In this document: positions 39,807 to 50,901 of the stretch, in pieces
Numbering within the stretch: the first letter of the stretch is position 1
Layout of the letters: each line of letters begins with the position of its first letter
Assembly (NCBI GenBank): GCA_029856105.1
Contig: JAHQWH010000155.1
Span: 32,001 to 96,000, forward strand
Reading direction: 5' to 3'
Length of the DNA: 64,000 nt
From: Promethearchaeia archaeon
Lineage (GTDB): Archaea; Asgardarchaeota; Lokiarchaeia; Sigyniarchaeales; SOKP01
Made by a program: the position numbers and the translations under genes
The notes under the pieces: generated by a model
Databases searched by the model: none
What the model saw: the letters and a program-made list of their open reading frames with translations, nothing else
Told to the model about the DNA's origin: nothing

Positions 39807-40598
39807 TTAGACTTTATCTAGACGGCCACCGTTTATTCCTATGACTTCTCCATTCATAAACCAAGCGGCATCGCTGCACAAAAATAATATTACTTGAGAA
39901 ACATATTTTGATTCTCCTATCCCTAAAGGAATTCTTCCTGAGTAGTATTTTCTCCATTTTCCTTCTTGTTTACTTAATAATTCACCAAGAATTGGAGTTT
40001 CGATAAGTGTAGGCATGATTGCATGAGATTTTATATTGTATCGAATTAATTCTAATCCTGCGGTTTTAACCATTCCAATCATCCCAGATTTAGCAGCAGC
40101 ATAATTCAATTGTCCAATATTTCCTTCAGCAGCTTGACTACTAATCGTAATTACTCGCCTATCAGGATATTCAGCGATCTTTTCTTTTGGATTTTCTTTG
40201 CAATAACCAATCCATCGTTTAGCACACGCTTGTAAAGTTAGGTAAAACCCTTTAAGGTGCGTATTTATCACATCGTCCCAATATTCTTCTGATAATTTGT
40301 GTATCATTCCATCCTTTAAAATACCGGCAGAATGAATTAGAAAATCAATCGTTTCATATTTTTCAAACGCCTGTTTAACTCCAGCTTCAACCAAGTCAGA
40401 TTTTCGTACATCTCCCTCAATAAATAGGACCTCTCCGCCTGCGTCTTTAATTTCTTTTTCGACACGCAATCCATTTTCTTTATCAAAATCAAAAATTACT
40501 ACTTTTGCTCCTTCAGCTGCAAAATCCTTAGCGGCTCTTTCTGCCAAACCTGAAGCTCCACCCGTGAGAAAAGCTACCTTACCATCAAACTTTCCCAT
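39807..40598 (-). CDS. SDR oxidoreductase (FabG-like)
   Basis: TGGASG, SAG, YAAAK. Confidence 0.93.
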   Translation of the reverse strand: MGKFDGKVAFLTGGASGLAERAAKDFAAEGAKVVIFDFDKENGLRVEKEIKDAGGEVLFIEGDVRKSDLVEAGVKQAFEKYETIDFLIHSAGILKDGMIHKLSEEYWDDVINTHLKGFYLTLQACAKRWIGYCKENPKEKIAEYPDRRVITISSQAAEGNIGQLNYAAAKSGMIGMVKTAGLELIRYNIKSHAIMPTLIETPILGELLSKQEGKWRKYYSGRIPLGIGESKYVSQVILFLCSDAAWFMNGEVIGINGGRLDKV

Positions 40599-41484
40599 TT
40601 TATTCGACCTCGAGTTTTTGTTTTTTTTTTATATTTTTTGTTATTTAATTTAGTTCAATATAAGTTTGAAGAATAATAAGAATTTAAAATTTTTATTATT
40701 TAAGATAGAACATTTAGATCTAGATTACTATCTATAATTCTATCGTTGACTTTTGTTTTGACTTTTACTATATTTTAGATCGATGAATATAATAATATTT
40801 ATGTTACCATTTTCTTTTCAATTACGATTAAAAAGGAATTACAACGCGTAAGAAAAAAAAACTAAGTAATGGAATGTGAATATATTTAGCGGGAAAAACT
40901 CATTCGTGGAGGAATAAATTATGGGCTAAAATAGAAACATTCCACTACAAATAGAAAATCGAAATTTTCTATCATAATAAAGATCATTCAGATATAAAAA
41001 TATTTCGAAAAATTCGCTAAATTTACAAACGCTCTATTTGAATATTCAATAAATTTACATGTTATAAGTTGGTTTGAAATAATATCTATGTTATTTTAAC
41101 TATATAATCTTAGAATTAAATATAATTGCTAAGATAACTCATAATTTTAATTAAAAAAAAATATTTTTCTCGAATTTCATGGAATAAAAATCAATTTATT
41201 TCAAAAATATTATCCAAATTAGTGTAAAAAATTTTCGATCGTAAAGAATAAAATTGTAAAATGTACGATTTTATTAAGAACTTAATAAGGAAAAAGTCGC
41301 CATAAAATGTGAAATTAATACATCCTACTCATATTTGGGTTTTCTTTAATTTTCTATTTGTTTTCTGTTTGATTTGTAGCCTATCTTTTTGCATTCTACT
41401 ATAGCATAGATTATAAAGTTGAAAATTCAAATTATTCGTGCTTAAATTTGATTTATTAAAATCTTTTAACCTATGAATGGGATA

Positions 41485-41502
41485 ATAATGGGAACCCATT
41501 AT
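41485..41502. promoter_or_regulatory. Putative operator palindrome upstream of iorBA
   Basis: ATAATGGG-AA-CCCATTAT, a perfect 8-bp inverted repeat about 90 bp before the iorB ATG. Confidence 0.4.
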
Positions 41503-41591
41503 CGTAAATACCGAATATTTTAATTAAATTTAAGAGCCTAATTAAAATTATTAAAGATAGTAAATCTCTTAATTTTTAACGAAATTTAATC

Positions 41592-42212
41592 ATGGAAATT
41601 AAAAGTTATAATTTATTGAATGTAGGGGTGGGTGGCCAAGGCGTTATTAGAGCAGCACAAATTCTTTCATATGCTGCTTTATTGGAAGATTATAAAGTTA
41701 GAACTGCAGAAACGCATGGTATGGCCCAGAGAGGTGGTTCAGTTGCGTCATATCTTCGATTTGGTACTGAAGTAGAAGGGCCACTTGTTCCACGGGGGAA
41801 AACCGATACTATTTTGGCTTTTGAAGCAAGTGAGGCTGTTAGGATTTTTAATTATGCTGGGCCAAAAACTGTCTTTTTAATAAATAAAAACATCATTATT
41901 CCTCCTATGATTCATCAAATGGGTATGGACTATCCAAATATAGAACAAATAAGTGAATTTTTGAAGAATGTTTCTCAAAACATATATTTTATAAATGCTG
42001 ATGAGATGGCAATGACTTTGGGAAACCTTCGAACCATGAATGTTGTAATGCTAGGCGTACTGTTAGGTTCAGAAGCTATACCCCTTAAAAAGGAGTCTCT
42101 TATACAGGCTATTTTGAGCTATCTCCCAACAAAACTACACGATGTAAATAAAAAAGCATTTGAAATGGGAATTGAAAAAGGAAAAAACATAAGGAGGGAT
42201 TTTAATGAGTAA
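41592..42212 (+). CDS. iorB: Indolepyruvate:ferredoxin oxidoreductase beta subunit
   Basis: GVGGQG, ETHGMAQRGGSV, NVVMLG. Confidence 0.95.
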   Translation: MEIKSYNLLNVGVGGQGVIRAAQILSYAALLEDYKVRTAETHGMAQRGGSVASYLRFGTEVEGPLVPRGKTDTILAFEASEAVRIFNYAGPKTVFLINKNIIIPPMIHQMGMDYPNIEQISEFLKNVSQNIYFINADEMAMTLGNLRTMNVVMLGVLLGSEAIPLKKESLIQAILSYLPTKLHDVNKKAFEMGIEKGKNIRRDFNE

Positions 42213-44112
42213 ACCTTACTATGCAGAAAACAATCCCGGAAAAAAAATCGTAATGTTAGGCAATGAAGCAATTGCTCGCGGAATTTTGGAAGCAGGTGTT
42301 GTCATTGGTGCGGGATATCCTGGCACTCCATCGTCCGAGATATTACCAACCTTAGCTGAAATGCAAAAATATTTTCCACATCTCAAATTAGAATGGAGTA
42401 TTAACGAAAAAGTAGGTTTTGAAGTAGCATACGGCGGATCTATGTCAAATGTACGTTCAGTTGCGGTAATGAAGCATGTTGGGTTAAATGTCGCATCAGA
42501 TGCGTTCATGACGGCGTGTTATGCTGGAGCTCGAGGTGGAATGGTGGTGATCTCAGCAGATGATCCTAATTGCTATTCTTCTCAAAATGAACAGGATAAT
42601 CGATATTTTGGGCTTCACGCTTTAGTACCGGTGTTTGAACCCGCGACGCCACAAGAAGCAAAAGATATGATAAAATACGCTTTTGATTTTTCGGAAGAAT
42701 ATCACTCTTTAGTATTATTTCGGACTACAACTAGGTTGAACCACGGGAGAGGAGACGTTATTCTTGGAGAAGTTAAAGAAATTAATCGCGATTACGGTTT
42801 TGATTGGGATCGTTCCAGATGGGTTTGTTTGCCATCACACTCACGAGTTTTGCGTGTTAGATTGTTAGAAAGGTTAGATGAAATCTCTGAATTTGCTGAC
42901 CAATTTCCTTTTAACTCGTTAAAATTATCAAAAGATAAAATTAACGGCGTTAGATATGGATTTGTTGCTGCTGGCATACCATACTCTCAATTGCTAGATG
43001 CCCTTAATTATTACGGCATTTCTGAAAAAGTTTCAATTTTAAAACTTGGATTAGTTTATCCACCACCTAAAGAATTGATTAAGAAATTATTTGCTCACTC
43101 TGACGAAATCTTAGTAGTTGAGGAACTCGAACCTTTCCTTGAAAATATCATGAAGCAAATTGCTTTCGAAGAAGGCATCTCAAATGAACTAAAAATTCAT
43201 GGCAAAGACTTGTTTCCTCAAAATGGTGAATTCTCTGCAGAAATATATTTAGAAAATATTGCAAGTTTGGTTGGATTGCCCTACGAAAAAGTATCTGTGC
43301 CAGAAAATATGATGATTATACCTCCAAGGCTTCCTATTTTATGTCCTGGATGTGGTCATAGAGCAACTTTTTACGCAATTAAACAAGTAGAAAAGAAGAT
43401 GAAAACTAAGTTCGTTAATTCTTCGGATATTGGTTGTTACACGCTAGCAGTATACAAACCCCTTGAAGGAATAGACACTGAAGTTTGTATGGGGGGCTCT
43501 ATTGGTTTAGCAAACGGAATTGCTAAAATTCAACCGGAGAAAAATCCCGTGTTAGCAATATTAGGCGATTCCACATTCTTCCATTCTGGTATACCGGCTT
43601 TAATAAACGCTGTTTATAACAAAAATAACATTTTAGTTGTTATTTTAGATAATAGATCGACTAGTATGACGGGATTTCAAGACAATCCAGGTACAGGTAT
43701 TACGCTTACAAAAGAACAGGGAATTCGCGTAATCATAGAAGATCTCGTAAAGGGCTGTGGCGTATCTTCGGATAAGATTTGGGTAGAAGATTCTAACAAT
43801 CTAATCAAAACTATAGAAAAGCTAGAATTAGCTGTTAAGGCTGAAGGTGTTCGAGTTTTTATCTCTCGACACTTATGTTCTTTAGTAGAAGCTAATCAAT
43901 TTCGGGTACAACATATAAAACCACCTATAGTAAAAGTAGATCAAGACAAATGCGTTGGATGTCTTATATGTGTTAATAAATTTGGATGTTCTGCGCTAAA
44001 TTTTGAAGATAGTGAAAATAAAGTAATAATCGATCAAGCTACTTGTAGGGGGTGCAAAGTATGTATCGAAGTTTGCCCTCAAAATGCAATTTATGAGGAG
44101 ATTGAATCTTAA
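42205..44112 (+). CDS. iorA: Indolepyruvate:ferredoxin oxidoreductase alpha subunit
   Basis: LGNEAIARG, YPGTPSSE, MKHVGLNVA, SSQNEQD, CPGCGH, GDSTFFHSG, C-terminal ferredoxin. Confidence 0.96.
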   Translation: MSKPYYAENNPGKKIVMLGNEAIARGILEAGVVIGAGYPGTPSSEILPTLAEMQKYFPHLKLEWSINEKVGFEVAYGGSMSNVRSVAVMKHVGLNVASDAFMTACYAGARGGMVVISADDPNCYSSQNEQDNRYFGLHALVPVFEPATPQEAKDMIKYAFDFSEEYHSLVLFRTTTRLNHGRGDVILGEVKEINRDYGFDWDRSRWVCLPSHSRVLRVRLLERLDEISEFADQFPFNSLKLSKDKINGVRYGFVAAGIPYSQLLDALNYYGISEKVSILKLGLVYPPPKELIKKLFAHSDEILVVEELEPFLENIMKQIAFEEGISNELKIHGKDLFPQNGEFSAEIYLENIASLVGLPYEKVSVPENMMIIPPRLPILCPGCGHRATFYAIKQVEKKMKTKFVNSSDIGCYTLAVYKPLEGIDTEVCMGGSIGLANGIAKIQPEKNPVLAILGDSTFFHSGIPALINAVYNKNNILVVILDNRSTSMTGFQDNPGTGITLTKEQGIRVIIEDLVKGCGVSSDKIWVEDSNNLIKTIEKLELAVKAEGVRVFISRHLCSLVEANQFRVQHIKPPIVKVDQDKCVGCLICVNKFGCSALNFEDSENKVIIDQATCRGCKVCIEVCPQNAIYEEIES

Positions 44113-45477
44113 ATGCACAATTTTTTTTTTCCTAAAAGTATAGCCGTAATAGGAGCAACCGCAAATCCTAGAAAGTTCGGAAACGCAGTTACTATTAACA
44201 TTCTAAAAAATAAAAATTTAGAAAGCGAATTGTTTCTTGTAACTCAAAAAAGCAACGAAATTTTAGGATTAAATTGTTATAAAAGTATATTAGATGTCCC
44301 AAAAGATGTAGATCTCGTGATAATTTTAGTCCCAGCAAAAGCAGTTGATGGCGTAATAGATCAATGTATAGAAAAACAAGTAAAACGAATAATAATAGTT
44401 ACTGCTGGTTTTGGGGAAATTAATCAAGAAGGTAAAAAAACCGAAAAACGAATCGCAGAAAAATGTGCAAAAGTGGGCATTCGAGTTATGGGACCTAATT
44501 GTGTAGGAATACAAAACATAGACATAGGCCTTAACGCTTCGTTTATTCAAGCAGCGCCCCCAGGAACTATTAGCATGATTAGCCAATCTGGTTCGTTCGG
44601 ATGTGCCAGTTTTTATGCGATGGAAAGAGAAAATCTAGGATGTTCAAAATTCGCTAATATTGGAAATAACATTGATATTTCTTTTGTCGATGTTCTTGAA
44701 TTTTTTAGAGAAGATCCTAACAGTCGAATCATTTGTATTTACATGGAAACGATTGAAGATGGAAGAAAATTTTTAAAATCTTTAAAATCTATTGTTCCTA
44801 TTAAACCAATTATTGTCTTAAAAGGAGGAAGAACTTCATCTGGAATGAAGGCGGCAAGTAGCCACACAGGTTCGATAGCAACAAATTATAAAATGTTGAA
44901 AACATCCATTAAACAAGCTGGAGCAACATTATGCGAAAATGCTTCCGATTTTATTACCGCTTGTAAAACATTCTCTTTCTTACCAATTCCTAAAGGTGAA
45001 AAGATAGGAGTGTTAACTAATAGTGGAGGGAGCTCTGTTTTATTCAGTGATAAAGCGGAAGAGTTTAATTTAAAACTAGTAGAATTTTCTGATACACTTA
45101 AAGAAAGAGTATCGCCTCACCTAATATCTTTAGTAAAGATAGAGAACCCACTTGATATGATAGGCGTTGCTGGTGAGGAACAGTATTACGAAATAACCAA
45201 AGCCATGTTAGAAGATTCAGAAATAGATATAGTTGTTCCGTGCTTGGTAATACCCCCTTTCTTAGAAATGAGCTCTGACGAGCATTATCGTGGAATGATA
45301 AAAGCTTGGAACGAAACTGGCAGGTTAAAACCTATTATACCTTTAATTTTCTTTGGAGAAAATTTTAAAGATCTAAAGAAATTTGCCAAAAAAGAAAAAG
45401 CTCCAATTTTTTATACACCTCATGAAGCAGCATACGCTATAAAAATTTTAGTAGAACGATTGAAACTGAAAAATTGA
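44113..45477 (+). CDS. acdA: ADP-forming acyl-CoA synthetase alpha subunit
   Basis: PKSIAVIGA, GPNCVG, SQSG, SHTGSI (phospho-His), NPLD. Confidence 0.92.
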   Translation: MHNFFFPKSIAVIGATANPRKFGNAVTINILKNKNLESELFLVTQKSNEILGLNCYKSILDVPKDVDLVIILVPAKAVDGVIDQCIEKQVKRIIIVTAGFGEINQEGKKTEKRIAEKCAKVGIRVMGPNCVGIQNIDIGLNASFIQAAPPGTISMISQSGSFGCASFYAMERENLGCSKFANIGNNIDISFVDVLEFFREDPNSRIICIYMETIEDGRKFLKSLKSIVPIKPIIVLKGGRTSSGMKAASSHTGSIATNYKMLKTSIKQAGATLCENASDFITACKTFSFLPIPKGEKIGVLTNSGGSSVLFSDKAEEFNLKLVEFSDTLKERVSPHLISLVKIENPLDMIGVAGEEQYYEITKAMLEDSEIDIVVPCLVIPPFLEMSSDEHYRGMIKAWNETGRLKPIIPLIFFGENFKDLKKFAKKEKAPIFYTPHEAAYAIKILVERLKLKN

Positions 45478-45513
45478 AGTGGTATTCTTAAAAACAGTAA
45501 TTTTTTTACTAGA

Positions 45514-45939
45514 CTATTGTTCAAAATCTTCTACTACATCAAAACCATTCTTTTTTAACACTTGAAATCCATTTTCGTTGTCGTCTAATCTTAATACTGT
45601 CGTAGTTCTAGTTTCTGACAATTTTTCAGCAAATGTATATAAATATTCAATGTTAACTTTGTTATCTCCAAGCGTTTTAGCAATGTTATACAATTGAGAA
45701 ATGTTATCCTTAAGCCTTACTGCTATAACTTCTGTAACTGAATGCATATAATCGTTATCTTCTAATAACTCAACGCATTTCTCAAATGGTTTAACTAAAA
45801 GCAATAATAATCCATAATCTTCTGTTTCGGCAACTGTTATAGATTTGATATATATTTTATTTTCCTTAAGGAATTCGAAGAAATTGGCTAGTTGTCTTGG
45901 TTCGTTAGGGAGAAACACAGAAATTTGTTTGAGTTTCAT
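45514..45939 (-). CDS. Tandem ACT-domain protein
   Basis: KQISVFL.N.P, NIEYLY; family usually linked to ior/paaK. Confidence 0.88.
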   Translation of the reverse strand: MKLKQISVFLPNEPRQLANFFEFLKENKIYIKSITVAETEDYGLLLLLVKPFEKCVELLEDNDYMHSVTEVIAVRLKDNISQLYNIAKTLGDNKVNIEYLYTFAEKLSETRTTTVLRLDDNENGFQVLKKNGFDVVEDFEQ

Positions 45940-46147
45940 TGTTTAATCAAATTATATTAATTTTTATTCGAAATATTATCTTAAATGATAATTGTAATTA
46001 ATTAAATTACGTTTAAAAATGATACTGAAATAGCGAAAATTGAAAATTTTTAAAGATCTCACTTAATTTTTTAAATGTAATTTACTTCTGAATTCATAAT
46101 GCGAAATTTCATTTATTTTTAATATAATAGTTTAAATTTGGATAAAA

Positions 46148-46885
46148 GTGGTAATTATGATTAATTGGGAGAAAAAATTTAATGAGCAATTAACATGGAC
46201 TGCTGAATTAAGAGATCGTTTATACGAAAAAGCAGAATTCTCTCATAGAAAAAATTTATTAGAATTAGGTTGCAGAACTGGCGAATTACTGAAAGAAATT
46301 GGAATAAAATATAATTTAAACTTATTCGGTATAGATACGGATAAAAATAAAATCGAATACGCAAGTGCCAACTTAGAGAAAAATCTTATCGATGCAAAGC
46401 TCATAACGATGGATATATTAAATAATAACTTTGAAGATAACTTTTTTGATGTTGTTATTACTTCTTGTTATTTCTTGTGGGAAATGGAATTTAATTATAT
46501 TTTAACAGAAATTCATAGAATTTTGAAACATAATGGAGTTTTTTTGATTTTTGACGAGCCCGATTTTGGAGGAATTATTGAGTATCCTGACACGGGTTTA
46601 AAGAAAGAGTTATATAATAGCCTTAAAGATGCAGGAGCAGACCCCGAAATAGGAAGGAAGATACCTCAATATTTTTCAAACAAATTTAGACTCGTGGAAC
46701 ATTTTTGTTCAAGTTTTCCATGGATCCCAAGCGTAAACAGGGCCAGTTTAATCAAAGATTTAGATCTCTACATAAAAAAATTAAATACTAAAAAATTTAA
46801 TTCAGTTTTGATTATACAAAGTATAGAAAGTAATAAATATTTTTTATTTATCCCAATATTTGGTTATTATCTTAAGAAGATTTAA
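46148..46885 (+). CDS. Class I SAM-dependent methyltransferase
   Basis: LLELGCRTG, FFDVV, EPDFGG. Confidence 0.85.
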   Translation: MVIMINWEKKFNEQLTWTAELRDRLYEKAEFSHRKNLLELGCRTGELLKEIGIKYNLNLFGIDTDKNKIEYASANLEKNLIDAKLITMDILNNNFEDNFFDVVITSCYFLWEMEFNYILTEIHRILKHNGVFLIFDEPDFGGIIEYPDTGLKKELYNSLKDAGADPEIGRKIPQYFSNKFRLVEHFCSSFPWIPSVNRASLIKDLDLYIKKLNTKKFNSVLIIQSIESNKYFLFIPIFGYYLKKI

Positions 46886-46902
46886 AGAATTGATAAAAGT
46901 TA

Positions 46903-47655
46903 ATGAGTTTAAAAGAGTTTTACGACCTCCATAAAAATTTTTCAGCTAGAAATCTTTCTGAATACGATCTTTCTCCCGGAATTAGATGTAAATTTGATTT
47001 ATTAATAAAAATAATTGGTAAAAGTAAAACCTTTAAAAACGCGATAGATTTAGGTTGTTCAGGAAACTCTCTTCTTTACGCCTTAGAAAATGTACAAAAT
47101 AAATCGTATTACGACATATCTGCTATACCTTTAAAGCAATATTCTAAACAGAACCCTTTATGTGGAGATGTTGTAAAATTACCGTATAAAAACAATACAT
47201 TTGACTTGGTACTTGCTTTAGATGTGTTAGAACACGTAAAAAATGATGATTTAGCTATCTCTGAAATAAAAAGAATATTAACACAGGGCGGATTTGCTGT
47301 AATTACAGTTCCACATAGGATGAAATATTATTCAAAACAAGATAAGATAATTGGTCATTATCGTAGATATGAAATTGAGCACATTTTAGGATTATTCCAG
47401 CGCTATAATTTCAAGTATTTAAAACAATTTGGAGTCTATGGGATACTAATGAAAATTTCCTTACTACAATCGATTAATCCGAGAAAAACAGAAAAAAATT
47501 TAATAAAGTTACGCAATAAATATCGCTCAAATTTAATTTTCAGAAAAATTTGGAACCTTTTTGTCAAATTTAGTTCGACACTAATGAAAATAGATGCGAA
47601 GTATTATTCTCCAAAACGAATGATGAATATGGCATTTATATTTCTAAAATTATAA
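46903..47655 (+). CDS. Methyltransferase type 11
   Basis: IDLGCSG, FDLVLALDVLEHV, ITVP, HYRRY. Confidence 0.88.
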   Translation: MSLKEFYDLHKNFSARNLSEYDLSPGIRCKFDLLIKIIGKSKTFKNAIDLGCSGNSLLYALENVQNKSYYDISAIPLKQYSKQNPLCGDVVKLPYKNNTFDLVLALDVLEHVKNDDLAISEIKRILTQGGFAVITVPHRMKYYSKQDKIIGHYRRYEIEHILGLFQRYNFKYLKQFGVYGILMKISLLQSINPRKTEKNLIKLRNKYRSNLIFRKIWNLFVKFSSTLMKIDAKYYSPKRMMNMAFIFLKL

Positions 47656-47657
47656 TC

Positions 47658-48053
47658 TTATTTGTTTTCAGCGTATTCTTTTTTCATTTTTTCAAATAAC
47701 TTTTTATATTGTTCTATGTATTTCTCGTCGTTAGTTTCCTCTATTTTCTTAAGAAGTTCCACTGAATTATTTAATACAGTTGAAGTTTTTTTGAGTTTAT
47801 CAAAATATAATTGCTTTATTTGTTGAGATTTAGCAACTCTTAGAGAACTTTTATAACCCTTAATCGAGTTTTCTAAATTTTTTTGTGATTCGATTACTGA
47901 ATCAGCTAACTGCTTTTTTCTCTGTTCTAGCTTAATGCAGTTATCACATATTAATTCCCCCGATTTATTTTGCCCTTTTTTAATCATAAACGGATTCCCA
48001 CATCTAGAGCATTCAACTAGCGCAACTATTAATTTATCGTTAGGTTCGGGCAT
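47658..48053 (-). CDS. Hypothetical Zn-finger/coiled-coil protein
   Basis: CSRC...CDNC followed by a helical charged region. Confidence 0.7.
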   Translation of the reverse strand: MPEPNDKLIVALVECSRCGNPFMIKKGQNKSGELICDNCIKLEQRKKQLADSVIESQKNLENSIKGYKSSLRVAKSQQIKQLYFDKLKKTSTVLNNSVELLKKIEETNDEKYIEQYKKLFEKMKKEYAENK

Positions 48054-48196
48054 AAAAGATAACTAATTAAATTTTTATTTTTTTTTAAATTTTAAATTAT
48101 TAAGTTAATAACTTTTTTCCAATTTAATTCTTAATTTTTTTAACAGAGTATCTCATTATCAAGAAAGTTTATGATAAATTTTACATAATTTTTTTT

Positions 48197-48991
48197 ATGG
48201 ATTTAACAACAATATTTTTATTAATATTATTAGGTTTTTTAACAGGAACTCTTTCAGTTATTGCTGGAATTGGAGGCGGAGTTTTTTTTGTATCCATAAT
48301 GGTACTTTTGTTTTCGATGCCGATTAATAACGCCATAGACACATCTACATTCATAATTTTAACGTCTTCTTGTGCAGGATTTATTACTTATCTAAAACAA
48401 GAAAGAACAAGTTTTAAATTAGCTTTGACATTTGGTGTATTTTCTATTTTAGGGAGCGTTTTAGCCACTATTCTATTTTCATTTATTCAAATCGATAATT
48501 CAATGTTAAAGATTCTATTTGCATTGACATTACTCGTGGCAGGATTAAATATGATCCATAAAGCTATTAAAACAAAAGGAGGATTAACAAGTAAAAATCC
48601 AGAAAAGGGAGAATTCTCATTGCACGATTACGATTATAAAACCAATTTAAAAAAAGCTATTCCATTATTTATATTAGCAGGTTTTGTTGCAAACCTACTA
48701 GGCATTGGTGGAGGTATTATAAATACTCCTTCCCTCAACATAATATTGGGTTTTCCTATCCATAATTCTACAGCAATTTCAACTTCAATAATCTTTTTCA
48801 CTGCAATATATAATACAATCATTAAGTGCCTTTTAGGCCAAATAGATTATTTAGTTGGTCTTCTAATAACCACGGGCGCTATATTTGGTTCGATATTTGG
48901 GGCAAAAATATCGAAAAAAATGTCGAAAACATATTTAAAATTTTTCGTGGCAATAATCTTACTAGTTTTAGCAATTAGAATGTTTTTTTAG
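48197..48991 (+). CDS. TauE/SafE family sulfite exporter
   Basis: Repeated GIGGG motifs; about eight TMs. Confidence 0.92.
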   Translation: MDLTTIFLLILLGFLTGTLSVIAGIGGGVFFVSIMVLLFSMPINNAIDTSTFIILTSSCAGFITYLKQERTSFKLALTFGVFSILGSVLATILFSFIQIDNSMLKILFALTLLVAGLNMIHKAIKTKGGLTSKNPEKGEFSLHDYDYKTNLKKAIPLFILAGFVANLLGIGGGIINTPSLNIILGFPIHNSTAISTSIIFFTAIYNTIIKCLLGQIDYLVGLLITTGAIFGSIFGAKISKKMSKTYLKFFVAIILLVLAIRMFF

Positions 48992-49082
48992 AGTTAATAT
49001 GAAAAAAATATAATGGAAAACTGATAGTATTATATGTAAACGAATTATGATGTAAGAAAAATAAAATAAAAGGAAATAAAAC

Positions 49083-49874
49083 ATGAACGAAAAAATTGAA
49101 TTGGTAATTAAAGATAATATCGCGATTATAAGACTAACAGATCCTGAGAATTTTAACCCTTTAAATAAAAGTTCTGGGAAAAAGCTGTTAGAAATTATAG
49201 AATCTATTCGAAATAATAGTACTGTAAGATGCCTAGTAATAACCGGCTCAGGAAAGGCATTTTCAGCGGGCGGAGATATAAAACAATTTAAGGCGAGTAT
49301 TGAAAATGGCACATCAGGTCAAGTTATGGACGATTTAACGAAAGACCTATATAAAATTGCCTTAACTTTGCGTCTTTATCCAAAACCTGTTATTGCGGCT
49401 GTGAATGGCTGGGCAGTAGGTGCTGGAATGAACCTCGCTCTCTCGTGTGATTTTATAATTGCTTCAGAAAAAGCGAGATTTAGGCAATCTTTTTCCAAAC
49501 TCGCTCTAATTCCGGGATTTGCAGGAACTATTTTTTTAAGCCGTCAGCTCACATGGCAACAAGCAACACAAATGGCGTTTTTTGGAGACACCTATTCAGC
49601 TGAGGAGATGAAAAAGCTTGGTTTTGTCAACGAAATCGTACCTCATGAAGATTTAGAAGAAGTTTCTCTACAATGGGCTGAGCGACTCGCCAAGGGACCT
49701 ATGTTAACATATGCAAGGACCAAAAAATTATTCTTTGAAGCCCTCAGTACTCCATTAGAAGAACACCTTGAAAATGAGCGTCAAATGCAGATAAAATCGG
49801 CTGAATCTGAAGAATATAAAATTGGTGTATTTGCTCTAAACGACAAAAAAGAACCTAATTTTATTGGAGATTAA
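49083..49874 (+). CDS. Enoyl-CoA hydratase/isomerase (PaaG-like)
   Basis: AFSAGGD, AVNG.AVGAG, LSCD. Confidence 0.93.
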   Translation: MNEKIELVIKDNIAIIRLTDPENFNPLNKSSGKKLLEIIESIRNNSTVRCLVITGSGKAFSAGGDIKQFKASIENGTSGQVMDDLTKDLYKIALTLRLYPKPVIAAVNGWAVGAGMNLALSCDFIIASEKARFRQSFSKLALIPGFAGTIFLSRQLTWQQATQMAFFGDTYSAEEMKKLGFVNEIVPHEDLEEVSLQWAERLAKGPMLTYARTKKLFFEALSTPLEEHLENERQMQIKSAESEEYKIGVFALNDKKEPNFIGD

Positions 49875-49975
49875 TAGCCAAAAATTCGTATAAAATAATT
49901 TCTATAAAATCTTAAATCCTTTTTAGCATAGTATATATTAATTTAATATGTCAATAATTGATTGGATGAGTAAAG

Positions 49976-50791
49976 ATGAGTAAAGGTTTTAGACTTTTAA
50001 GGGTTGAATATCTTTTTTCTGTGCTCGTTCCTTGTTTATTGAGCATATATTTAAACAATTACGATGTTTTTGCTCACATTTGGATACTAGCTGGATTTGG
50101 GTTTTATGCCATTACGGGAAACACGCTCAATGATGTAATCGATATGGAAGATCCAAACGAAAAGGAGACGCTAGAAAGAGTACAGGGTTATCGACGAAAA
50201 GAAATATTCACAATTTCTTTGGCAAGTTTTTTATTAGGGACCGTATGTTTCATGAATAGTATCGTAGCAAACCCACTCTTAGGAGTTTATTTAGCTATCA
50301 TCGTTATTTCCGTAATTTTTTATTGCCTATTTAAATCGCTGGTTATTATTAACCATATTATTTTAGGAATATCGCATATTTTTTTACCTTATTTTATGAT
50401 AAAAATCAACGCTGGCGATATTTCTATGAATTACTTTCCTAATCTAACTTTATTTGAGTTATTAATATTACTCACTATAGCTTCTGTGGCATTTTCCGGT
50501 CAAATGCTTCACGAAATGATTGATGGAGATTCGTTATCAAAATTATCTCCAAAAGCTTCACGATTAATAATCTGGATATCATCTATAATATCGCTGACAA
50601 TCGCTATAGTTTCGTTAGTTGTTACTCAATACATTATATTTCTACCAGTAGTCTTCTTTCCTTTTGGAATAATGTATATTTTTAGGAAAATTCGAACGGA
50701 TTTAGCCGGTAGAAGCTCGTTAAAAGATGTAGGAATCATATTAGGAAATCTTACTTTCTTTTATATTATAATTTTAATCATAGCACCTTAA
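49976..50791 (+). CDS. UbiA-family prenyltransferase-like membrane protein
   Basis: NTLNDVIDMED first acidic motif; HEMIDGD second motif; multi-TM. Confidence 0.7.
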   Translation: MSKGFRLLRVEYLFSVLVPCLLSIYLNNYDVFAHIWILAGFGFYAITGNTLNDVIDMEDPNEKETLERVQGYRRKEIFTISLASFLLGTVCFMNSIVANPLLGVYLAIIVISVIFYCLFKSLVIINHIILGISHIFLPYFMIKINAGDISMNYFPNLTLFELLILLTIASVAFSGQMLHEMIDGDSLSKLSPKASRLIIWISSIISLTIAIVSLVVTQYIIFLPVVFFPFGIMYIFRKIRTDLAGRSSLKDVGIILGNLTFFYIIILIIAP

Positions 50792-50901
50792 AAAACCATC
50801 TGTAATAATGATTTTAAAAGATTATATACTTTTAAGCCAATAATAATTAAGTGAATTATTAAAATCAAGAAGAGATAAAGAATAAAATAATTGAGTTTGA
50901 A

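Noticed and set aside
40866-40948. SECIS element (GUGAA...AGAA around a stem)
   Set aside because: No upstream gene with an in-frame UGA at a Cys-equivalent position, and the core geometry is a symmetric GAA/GAA loop.
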